A stretch of 64,000 bases of DNA from the NCBI RefSeq assembly GCF_030028105.1, contig NC_092370.1:32994643-33058642 (forward strand). The letters are read 5' to 3'. Under the pieces are notes generated by a model, which saw only the letters and a program-made list of their open reading frames with translations, ran no database searches and had not been told where the DNA came from. Each line of letters begins with the position of its first letter. The first letter of the stretch is position 1. Both the position numbers and the translations under genes were made by a program. Origin of the DNA: Mobula birostris. Its lineage: Eukaryota. Positions 25,201-35,847 of the stretch are shown in pieces.

Positions 25201-25477
25201 TTACCAGCGCTCTTTGAAAGTTCATACCACAGGAACTGCATTGACCTGGTCTATCCTCTGTTACCTCTGTCAAACTGCTTTTTACAAATCAATGCAGGAT
25301 GTCATTAATTAATCTATTCTTTACCAAATGTCTACTAATTTTATCCCGGATTATTGTTTCCAAAATCATCATTGTCACTAATGTTAAAATAACCAGCCCT
25401 CAGTTTCAGGTTTAATGTTACTCTCCATTTTCAACACAGGTATAACATTTGAAATTTTCTAATTTTCTGACAATACA

Positions 25478-25990
25478 CTCAGGTTGGAAGAGCAACACCT
25501 CATAATCTGTCTGGGTAGCCTCCAACCTGATGGTATCAGCATTGATTTCTCTAATTTCTAATCATTTCTCCCCCCTCTTTTTCCATCCAATTTCCTTCTC
25601 ACCCCTTCTCTTCTCTTCACCTGCTCATCATCTCCCTCTGGTGCCTCAGCTCTTTCACTTTCATCCATGGTCAACTATCCTCTCCTGTCAGATAGCTTCT
25701 TCTTCAGCCTTTCACTTCTTCCACCTATCACCTCCCAACTTCTTAATTCATCCCCATTCCCCCACCTTCCCCTTCACCTGGTTTCACCTATCACTTGCCA
25801 GTTTGTACTCTTAACCCTACTCCCCCCCCACCCCCATCTTCTTGTCTGGTTTCTGTCCACTTCATTTCCGGCCCCAATAAAGGGTCTCAGCCCAAAATGT
25901 CAACTGTTTATACCCCTCCATAGGTGCTGTTTGATTTTCTGAATTCCTCAAGCATTTTGTGCTTGGTGCTCAAGATTTCCAGCATTTGTA
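25478..25990 (+). mobile_element. PLE GIY-YIG end plus terminal repeat
   Basis: LRLEEQHLIICLGSLQPDG.SIDF, CT-rich tract and mutated hammerhead near 25870-25906. Confidence 0.8.
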
Positions 25991-26226
25991 TATCCAACTT
26001 TTTTAATGCTTTTTTTTAAAATATCAATTTTATTTCTCTTATTGTTTCTATGGCAGACACAATTTTCTTAATAAAGACAGGTGTAAATATTAATTAAGTA
26101 TGGAAGGCCTGCATCAGCAGGTCCATTTTGGCCCACCCCTCCAGCTACTTTACTATTTATACTGGTGGTGGTGGTGGCATCTGTTAGTCTCGCGAGACCA
26201 TGGATTTGCGCCTGGAAAGTCTTGCT

Positions 26227-29200
26227 TCAGTCTGTGTTGGTAGAGCAGCGTCTGTTGTGGCTGTAGAGGCCCACACTGGAGTGACAGTCTCGGCTGCAGC
26301 AACTGCACTTGAAGGCATTGTCCTCCAGTGTTATCTTGGTGCTGTTTTTCCGACGAGTGCGCTTTTCTTCAGCAGCAAGCCTCAGCTTCTCTTCTCCTCT
26401 TTTTAGACCACTGCATAGTTCCAGCCTCCAGTGAGAGCGATCGCTTGCGATGTCCTCCCACCTCTCCACGTTCATTTTCAGTGACTTCATGTCTCTCGTG
26501 CAAACGTCTTTGAAATGAAGATGGGGCCGCCCTTGTGCTCTCTTGCTGGAGGCCAGTTCCCCATACAGCAGGTCTTTCGGGATCCGCCCATCTGACATGC
26601 GGTGTACGTGGCCTAGCCAGCGGAGACGGCATTGTTGGAGCAGAGTGAAGAGGCTGGGTATCTGGGTGCGGGCCAGGACCTCATTGTTGGTGACTTGGTC
26701 AGTCCACGTGATGTCCAGGATGTGTCTCAGGCTGCGAAGGTGGAAGGCGTTGAGACGCCACTCTTGTCTGTAGTAGAGGCTCCGGGTCTCGCTGCCGTAA
26801 AGCAGTGTGCTGAGGAGACAGGCCCTGTAGACTGCAACCCTGGTGTGTGTTGTCAGCTTTCTGTTCTCCCAGACTCCCTTTGTCAGCCTGGCGAACGTTG
26901 AGGCTGCTCATCTGATCCGTCTGTTGATCTCAGGGTCTTGTCATAGTCATAGTCATACTTTATTGATCCCAGGGGAAATTGGTTTTCATTACAGTTGCAC
27001 CATATATAATAAATAGTAATAAAACCATAAATAGTAATATGTAAATTATGCCAGTAAATTATGAAATAAGTCCAGGACCAGCCTATTGGCTCAGGGTGTC
27101 TGACCCTCCAAGGGAGGAATTGTAAAGTTTGATGTCCACAGGCAGGAATGACTTCCTATGACGCTTTGTGTTGCATCTCGGTGGAATGAGTCTCTGGCTG
27201 AATGTACTCCTGTGCCCACTCAGTACATTATGTAGTGGATGGGAGACATTGTCCAAGATGGCATGCAACTTGGACAGCATCCTCTTTTCAGACACCACTC
27301 TGAGAGAGTCCAGTTCCATCCCCACAACATCACTGGCCTTACGAATGAGTTTGTTGATTCTGTTGGTGCCTGCTACCCTCAGCCTGCTGCCCCAGCACAC
27401 AACGGCAAACATGATAGCACTGGCCACCACAGACTCGTAGAACATCCTCAGCATCGTCCGGCAGATGTTAAGGGACCTCAGTCTCCTCAGGAAATAGAGA
27501 CGGCTCTGACCCTTCTTGTAGACAGCCTCAGTGTTCTTAGACCAGTCCAGTTTATTGTCAATTCGTATCCCCAGGTATTTGTAACCCTCCACCATGTTCA
27601 CACTGACCCCCGGATGGAAACGGGTCACCAGTACCTTAGCTCTCCTCAGGTCTACCACCAGCTCCTTAGTCTTTTTCACATTAAGCTGCAGATAATTCTG
27701 CTCACACCATGTGACAAAGTTTCCTACCGTAGCCCTGTACTCAGCCTCATCTCCCTTGCTGATGCATCCAACAATGGCAGCGCCATCCGAAAACTTCTGA
27801 AGATGACAAGACTCTGTGCAGTAGTTGAAGTCCGAGGTGTAAATGGTGAAGAGAAAGGGAGACAAGACAGTCCCCTGTGGAACCCCAGTGCTGCTGATCA
27901 CTCTTGTCGGACACACAGCGTTGCAAGCACACATACTGTGGTCTGCCAGTCAAGTAATCAAGAATCCATGATACCAGGGAAGCATCTAACTGCATTGCTG
28001 TCAGCTTCTCCCCCAGCAGAGCAGGGGGGATGGTGTTGAACGCACTGGAGAAGTCAAAAAACATGACCCTCACAGTGCTTGCTGGCTTGTCCAGGTGGGC
28101 GTAGACACAGTTCAGCAGGTAGACGATGGCATCCTCAACTCCTAGTCAGGAGAGGCTGTCCGTGTAAACTCGTGAACTACTTCCAGCTCGTAGTTGTTGA
28201 TGGTAATGGCAGGGGGGTGCTCAACACCTTGGCCCAACACGTTGGTTTTCTTCAGGCTGATGGTCAAGCTGAAGTCCTGGCAAGCTCTTGAGAAGCTGTC
28301 CATGAGGCGATGCAGTTGCTCTTCAGAGTGTGTTGCCAGTGTCGCATCATCTGCAAACAACATGTCCCTGATGAGTACTTCACGAACCTTGTTTGTTGCC
28401 CTCAGCCGGGACAGACTGAACAGCCTCCCGTCTGATCTGGTGTGGAGGTAGACACCATCAGTTGACGTTCCAAAGGCGTGCTTCAGCATGACTGCCAAGA
28501 AGATGCCAAACAGGGTGGGGGCAAGCACACAGCCCTGCTTCACACCGCTGTGGATGTTGAAGGCCTCCGAAGAAGAGCCGTTGAACTGAACGACGCCCTT
28601 CATGTCTGTGTGGAATGACTGAACTATCCAGAGGAGCCTCAGGGGACAACCAATCCTGGCGAGGATTTTGAACAGGCCGTCTCTGCTCACAAGGTCGAAG
28701 GCCTTCGTGAGGTCAATGAAGGCGACGTAAGGTGGTTGTCTTTGCTCTCTGGATTTCTCTTGTAGCTGTCGAAGGGAGAAGATCATGTCGATTGTGGAGC
28801 ATTCCAACCTGAAACCACACTGTGACTCGAGATATACCCTTTTGGCTATTTTCTGCAGTCTGTTCAGGACCACGCGGGCGAAGACCTTCCCAACGACGCT
28901 CAGCAAGGAGATTCCCCTGTAGCTGTTACAGTCGCTTCTGTCCCGTTTGTTCTTATATATGGTGACAATGTTGCAGTCTCTCATGTCTTGCGGCACTGCT
29001 CCCTCTGTCCAGCACTGGCACAGTAGTTCGTGTAGGTGGTCTAGCAGGATTCCCTTTGCACACTTGATGGCCTCTGGTGGAATGCCATCCAATCCTGGTG
29101 CCTTCCCAGTGGGCAGGCTGTCGATGGCTTTACTCAGCTCTTCGGCAGTCGGCAATGCATCCAGTTCCTCCATGACAGGCAGGCATTCCACGGCGTCTAG

Positions 29201-30620
29201 CGCGCTGTCCGAGATGCTGTTTTCTCTGGAGAAGAGTTCAGAGTAATGCTCCACCCATCTCTCCTTCCGCTTGCCTTTGTCACTGATGGTTTCGCCTGTT
29301 ATAGTTTTCAATGGTGCTGTCTTGCTCTGGGTTGACCGATAGCTTTCTTGATCCCCTCGTACACTCCACGGATGTTGCCTGTGTCAAATGATGACTGAAT
29401 GCTTTCGCACAGTTGTAGCCAGTAGTCATTTGCACAGTGTCTGGCTGTTTCCTGAGCCTTGCTTCTTGCTGTCCTAAGCACTTGCAGTGTTGCCTGGGTG
29501 GGGTGGCATTTGTGCTCTAGTAGTGCAACAGGCTTCACCTCGATGACGGGTGAGCTTACTTGAGCTCGCTTCAAACCAGTCCTGTGTCTTGCCCCGTTTC
29601 TTCCCCAAGGCCTTGAGTGCAGTGCTGTGGATAGTGTCCCTGAGGGAGTCCCATCTCTGCTGAGCATCTCCTTCTGGTGGGTTTGCAAGGAGAGCATCCT
29701 CCAGTGACTTGATGAACTCTGCAGCTTTGTCTGGGTGTTGTGTCTTACTGGCATCGATGCGCTGCTTGCCTGGAGGCTTGGCACAGTGCATCTTCTTCGG
29801 CCGAAGTTTAATCTTGCAGCAAACCAGAGAGTGATCCATGTCGCAGTCGGCACTCTGAAAGGAGCGAGTCATGAGCACGTTTCTCAGATGACGGCGTCTT
29901 GTGATTATCAGGTCTAGCTGGTGCCAGTGTTTGGAGCGGGGATGCCGCCAAGACACTTTGTGCTGAGCTTTGGTCTGGAAGTAGGTGTTGGTGACACACA
30001 ATTCGTGGAGCATGCAAAGCTCGAGCAGTCATTGCCTGTTGTCATTCATGCTGCCAATCCCATACCGCCCCAGGCAGCTTGGCCAGGAGTCGTGGTCGGC
30101 ACACACTCTGGCGTTGAAGTCGCCAAGTAGCAGTAACTGTTCCTGACTTGGGATCTCCTGTATCATCATTGAGAGCTGGTCGTAGAACTCGTCCTTTGTG
30201 TCTTGTGTAGAGTAGAGGTTGGGGCATAGACGCTGACAAGGTTGACAGGCCCGTCTGATGTGTGGAGTCAAAGTGAGAAAATCCGCTCCGTCCCTTTCTC
30301 GCTAGGCTCTACCATCTTCAGCAGCGAGTTCTTCACAGCAAAGCCGACACCATGCTCTCTGGTCTTGTCTGAGCCCTTCCCCTGCCAGAAGAAGATATAG
30401 TCTCTTTCACGTAGGGTTCCCAATCCTGCGAGACGCGTCTCTTGGAGCGTTGCGATGTCCACTTGGAGTCTCGACAGTTCATTGTTAATCACTGCTGTCT
30501 TGCGTGTGTCGCTGATCTCCCAAAGGTCATCTGATATACCAGTGGTCATAGTCCGTATATTCCAGCATCCTAGTCTGAGTGCTGGCTCCTTTCTTTGTCT
30601 TCTAGTTGTGCTTGGTGCAG
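26227..30620 (-). pseudogene. RTE ORF (APE endonuclease + reverse transcriptase), frameshifted
   Basis: LRLGCWNIRT, IATLQETR, LLGDFNARV, WHQLDLII, DHSLV, KAPGLDGIP, YRGISLLS, FIDLTKAFD, GVKQGCVLAP, MLFADD, RIPKDLLYGEL..GRP. Confidence 0.93.
26940..28144 (-). mobile_element. Young 5'-truncated Rex1/Babar LINE nested in the RTE
   Basis: FFDFSSAFNTI, TGVPQGTVLSPFLF, QKFSDG, YKYLG, GQSRLYFLRRLRS; (tatgac)n tail; gtc at both junctions. Confidence 0.92.
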
Positions 30621-31257
30621 CGTTTACAGTCTGCAGTTCGGGCTACTTGTATCCCTAAGCTCCACGCACCCAGTGGAGCGGGCGGACTGTGGCGGGACAG
30701 CACCTAATTGGCTGGGGGCTGCCCAGCTTGAGGTGGGCGGTAGCTGTCCAGTGAGACGCGATGGTCTCTCCCTCCGTCGAAAGCAACCCCTGGTGCCTTG
30801 CTCTTCGCCAGTCGAACGCAGGCTTATAACCGGTAGACTGCTGCTTTCCGTGTTGTGCCGTCGCGGTGATTCGAAGCTGGAGTGTCCTCTCCAGGGCACA
30901 GGCCTGAGCAAGGTCGTATGGAAGACCAGCAGTTGCCCATGCTGCAAGTCTCCCCTCTCCACGACACCAATGTTGTCCAAGAGAGGGGCAAGGGCCGATA
31001 CAACTTGGCACCAGTGTCGTCGCAGGAGTTGCCAGAACGAGGTTGAAGGCAACGTTCAGACTGCCTTAGGGACTCCAGCTGCGGATTTGTTCTTAGGGTT
31101 TACTCCCGAAGCCTTTCCCATCAATGGGTATGGCCGCAAGGCAGCGGAGGTTTGAAATCAGAGTTTCCCTCTCTTACATGGACTGCCTTCCCAGGCTGTC
31201 GAGCTCCAACTACCCAAAGCACTGGTTTTAAGGCGCCAGGACCCGCCTTCACCCCTT

Positions 31258-31426
31258 CGCCTGTCAGTAGAAACAGTTCTGCCGGGCTTAGAGGCTAAGC
31301 CACACGAGAAGGCCAGGAGTTAGACTTGGTTGTCAGAGGCTATTTGAGGCGCATGCCATGAGGAGCACTTTTAGCTATTGGGAGCTCGTCCCCACTACCA
31401 CTCCTCGGCTTGACAACCTTGAAACC
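31258..31426 (-). ncRNA. HDV-like ribozyme at RTE 5' end
   Basis: Minus strand: P1 GGUUUC/AGAACU, P2 CUCCUG/CAGGCG, P3 GCC/GGC, L3 starting UUCUCG, J4/2 CUGA; J1/2 closed by GGUUGUCA/UGACAACC. Confidence 0.65.
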
Positions 31427-32599
31427 TATTTATACTATTGATATGTTTTCAAAAGAACTCTGGACTCCACTTTTATGTTAGCAAGGTGGTCTACTCTTAT
31501 AATCATACTTCACCCTCCTTTGTGTTAATAACATAATTTCTTGTTTATCCCTGTCCTTTCTTTACTGTACTCTTAACTTTTCCACCATCCAAGAAAGCTC
31601 TAACGTGGTTGGTCTACTTTGCAGCCTAGTGTGAAATTACCAAAACTATCTGTGTTTTAAGCTCTGTCCATTGTTAAATATACTTTTGCAACCTGTCATG
31701 CATTGTAGGTTATTTGTGCGAGATCTGTTCATAACTGTCTCATAATTGAGTGTTATATCCATGTAATGTACTCGAGTGGTTACAGAAAGAAGGAGATGGT
31801 GATGAGAAACAGTTTGTATATAGTTAAGTTTAATGAAGAAGTATGGTAGAAAACTGTAATACCTGGAAGGGTTTAAGTTGCATTTAATAATGAGTACAAA
31901 AATGCTTAAAAAGGAGAAGGTAAAATTTCTACTTAATCCTTTATTTAATATGACTAAAATTCTTTAGTACTAACTACTTTTTATAGTAAGTAATCCATTT
32001 GTTGTTTTTCATACAAGCCTCACAAACAAAGATGTTCGTTTTTCTGTAACTCAAGTCAGATGATCCTTGGATTAGGAGGCAGTTATAACAGGGGCCTTTT
32101 AGAGGGAAGGGAATAAAAGGGTACGGAACATTAACTCATTTTCATTAGCTGTACCAAGAACAACACCCTGAATAGCCTTTGTGTACAAAAACTGCTATTC
32201 AAATAAAGTTAAATAAATATTAATTTTAAAATCCTGCTGTTGCAGGCAAGATAAAGGTAGTTGTTTAAGCTTTTACAATTAAACTTCACAATATGCACAA
32301 TGCTTGTGCTGTACATATTGTATTTTAAAGATATTGTATTACTGAAGGTCCTGTATTGGAAAAGTATTATCTACTGACCCTAATGCTGTTACATTTGTTT
32401 TAAATTAATGGAGAAGAAAAACTCCATGATGCGTCCTGCTCGACTTAAAAGTAAACTCAAGATTAAGGTAATTTTCCATTTAGTTTATAACATTGGAATA
32501 TTTGAACTACTTTAGATAGATAAACAAAAATCACTTTTTAAATAATGTTGTTGAAAGTCTCCAATTTCTAACTAATATTTGTTTTGCATCTGGCTTGAG

Positions 32600-33670
32600 T
32601 ACACTCGGTGAAGGGGGTTTGGACGTGGACATCTGCCTTTGTGCCCATCAGGTATCTTGGCCCTAGTACTTTTTCGAAGAGCTTCCTCGAATGAGCACAG
32701 TGGGACTTCTGTCAGCTGCAAGATTTATGTTAGTTCCTTCTTTTCTGAGAACAGCTCTTTCAGCTCTTGACATCTGGATTCAATTGAACAGACATTTAGT
32801 GGTTTCGAAAAGTTATCTGATGGAATAACGGTGCAGACTGGTCTGTTAGGAGACGAGGTGCTATTAGGTTAAATAAGACATACTGATATGGGGGTTACCA
32901 AGCATGTCTTTGGAAAATTACTGTTTGGAGATGGGTCTTATAATTTTCAACTTTTTAGAAAATCTATCTCTCAAATAAACCTTGGAAGCTTGTTATAGTT
33001 GCTGGATGAGAAGTTCCTTTGCTCAGAGGGTGGCGAGAGTGTCGAGCGAGCTGTCAGCTGAAGTGGTAGATGCAGGTTCACTTGCAACATTTAAGAGAAG
33101 TTTGGATGAGTACATGGATGGGTAGGGGCGGGGATATGTTCCAGGTGCAGGTCGGTTGGGCTAGGCAGAATAATTGCTCAGCATGGACCAGATGGGCCAA
33201 AGGGCCTGTTTCTGTACTGCAGGGGCCTATGACTTTCTTGTCAAGCTCGCTACAGTTGATAATTCTTATCTCTTTCTGTGCCTGTCATGAAGGGGAGTTG
33301 TTCTGTCACCATTAAGTACAAACTCTGTCTCTGAGAAGGATTTGGATGCACTGCTTATCTCAGTGTCCTTGTCTGTCAACTTTACAAATCTCTCAGCCAT
33401 CTTCCGCACCTTTCATTTTCTCTCATGTTCTACTCGGTACTGTGCAATAAGGAGTAGTTATGGACCCATTCATCCAGTGGAAGCAGTAAATTTGGTGAGG
33501 GTGACTATAAGACGGGTGCATCACATTGCATAAGGCTTGGGCTGAATGATATTGGTAAAGGTTGGTAGTTTAGAAATGGGACTATTGGTAACTGAACTTG
33601 TGTCCATGGTCTAAAGTTGCTCTGCATTTTCTTTACTTGAGCCATATTCCTTACTCTTAACATCACCACC
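32600..33670 (-). pseudogene. Gypsy integrase relic interrupted by a CR1 3' piece (33005-33232)
   Basis: MLRVRNMAQ, RPWTQVQL, KMAERFVK, FVLNGDRTTPLH (like FLLNYRTTPH), S/P-rich tail and LRKSTRAKIP terminal motif. Confidence 0.62.
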
Positions 33671-33849
33671 AAAGTTCAAAATAAATTTATTCTAAAGGTA
33701 CAGATATATCACCATATACAACCTGAGATTCCTTTTCTTACAAGCAATCACAGTAAATACAAGAAGCACAATCAATGATAGGTCATACCCAGCAGGGCGG
33801 ACAACAACCAAAAGGCAAAAGAAGCCAAGTAGTTGAGGAGGAGTGCAGA

Positions 33850-35375
33850 GGGACTTGGGAGTGGCACCAGCAATACCTAAAAATAATGAGGTGCCAGCTC
33901 AGTGAATCTCCCATACAGAACCATTTCCTCACCAAACCAAAATAGCATGCAGTAGGGAGAGCTAAGTGATTTCTTAACCAAAGATTACGTCAAAGCTCTG
34001 CAATCTCACCACATGAACTTGGAAATGGTAGTGGACAACTAAACAGCTAACTGGAGGAGGCGGTCCCTGAACGCCCTCATCTTCAGTGAAGGCCCAACCA
34101 CGCAGCATGGCAATGCTGAAGAAAGGCTGAAGCTTCTACAACAGTGATCACCGAGAAATGCCAAATAAATTACTCTGTTTCTTTCTGGGTTGCCATGGAT
34201 CACAGAAGCGAGTCTGCAGCCTTTGTATTCGTTCCATACTGTATCACAAGATCACAAGACAAAGGAACAGAAGTAGGCCATTCAGCCCATCGAGTCTGCT
34301 CCGCAGCTCTCCCATGAGCTAAACTATTCACCCATCTAGTTCCAATTTCCGGCTTTTTCCCCATGTCCCTTGATACCCTGACTAATTAGATACCTGTCAA
34401 TCTCCTCCTTAAACACCCTCAATGATCGGGCCTCCACAGCCATATGTGGCAACGAATTCCACAAATCCACAACCCTCTGGCTAAAAAAATTTATCCTCAT
34501 CTCTGTTTTAACTGGGTACCCTCTAATTCTAAGACTGTGGCCTCTTGTCCTGGACTTACCCACCAAGGGAAACAACCTTTCCACATCTACTCTGTCCAAC
34601 CCTTTCAACATTCGAAACGTTTCTATGAGATCCCCTCTCATTCTTCTATACTCTAATGAATACAATCCAAGAGCCAACAAACGCTCCTCATATGTTAGCC
34701 CCTGCATTCCAGGAATCATCCTCGTAAATCTTCTCTGAACTCTCTCCAACATCAGTATATCCTTTCTAAGATAGGGGGCCCAAAACTGCACACAGTATTC
34801 CAAATGAGGTCTCACTAATGCCCCATAGAGCCTCATCAACACCTCCTTACTCTTATACACTATTCCTCTTGAAATGAATGCCAGCATAGCATTTGCTTTC
34901 CTTACCGCCAATCCAACTTGGTGGTTAACCTTTAGGGTATCCTGCACGAGGACCCCCAAGTCTCTTTGCACTTCCGATTTTTGAATTTTCTCCCCATCTA
35001 AATAATAATCTGCCCGATTATTTCTTCTTCCGAAATGTACAATCGTACATTTGTCAACGTTGTATCTCATCTGCCATTTCTTTGCCCACTCTCCTAAACT
35101 GACTAAGTCTCTCTGCAACCTTTCCGTTTCTTCAACATTTCCTGCTCCTCCACCTATCTTGGTGTCATCCGCAAACTTGGCCACAAAACCATTTAATCCA
35201 TAATCCAAATCATCGATATACATTGTAAAAAGAAGTGGCCCCAACACCGACCCCTGCGGAACACCACTAGTAACCGTCAACCAATCAGAATAGGATCCCT
35301 TTATTATCAGGAAATGGCTGAGAGCACTGGATCCAGCAATGACAATGATTCATTGCTTATTGTTAGAGCTGGTGT
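33850..35375 (+). mobile_element. Ancient LINE middle fragment hosting a young CR1
   Basis: tggtagtggacaactaaacagctaactggaggagg..aaaggctgaagc; resumes at atcaggaaatggctgagagcactggat after 35305. Confidence 0.5.
34244..35305 (-). mobile_element. Young 5'-truncated CR1 with uninterrupted ORF2 C-terminus
   Basis: 314-aa ORF 34336-35280 ([34 protein letters not shown]); (atcttgtg) tail; tatca/atca at both ends. Confidence 0.93.
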
Positions 35376-35520
35376 ATTTCAGATATGGCATTAAACCAAG
35401 GGCAATCTTTCCCTTCCAGTTGTTCAGCTATTTATCCCTATAAACACACTATAGTCTTCCTTGTATCCTAGCCATAAAAAACAAATTCATTCACCATGTA
35501 TTTTAATTATTAATTGTAAT

Positions 35521-35847
35521 CTCTTCTTCTTCTGCTTCTTAAGCCTGCCACCCCTACTGGGACATGGGCTGCTGACAGCAGCTCGCCAGGGTCCTGTATC
35601 CTGGGCCAGTCTTTCAAGTTGTCCACAGGTATAGTTCATCTTCTAGACTGGGGTTCCCAACCTGGGGTCCAAGGATCCCCTGCTTAATGGGTATTGGTCC
35701 ACGACATAATAAAAGTTGGGAACCCCTGTTTTAGATCCTCCCTCTCCCAGGGATGAGGTCTTTGGAGCTTCTGTTGGCATTCCTTTAGCACTGGGATTTG
35801 TGGGATGAGGTTGCTAGCCCCAGGCCTAACCCTCCTCTTTCACAGCC
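35521..35847 (-). mobile_element. RTE-related short element/fragment
   Basis: (aga)n tail on the minus strand; RTE-like 3' and 5'-UTR-like motifs (gttgctagccccaggcctaaccc). Confidence 0.5.
35648..35728. mobile_element. hAT-Charlie-like MITE (~80 bp)
   Basis: ggggttcccaacct / agttgggaacccctg TIRs; flanks ttctagac / ttttagat fit an 8-bp NTCTAGAN target. Confidence 0.75.

Larger units (their letters stand above)
26164..31425 (-). mobile_element. Full-length RTE-clade LINE with TSD, disrupted by Rex1
   Basis: ctatttatact at 26153-26163 and 31426-31436; (acc)n 3' tail; ~0.8-kb GC-rich 5' UTR; EN and RT ORF fragments. Confidence 0.93.

Noticed and set aside
30595-31155. Overlapping 118-186 aa ORFs
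   Set aside because: They lie in the GC-rich RTE leader, where stop-poor frames are expected; no domain was recognised.
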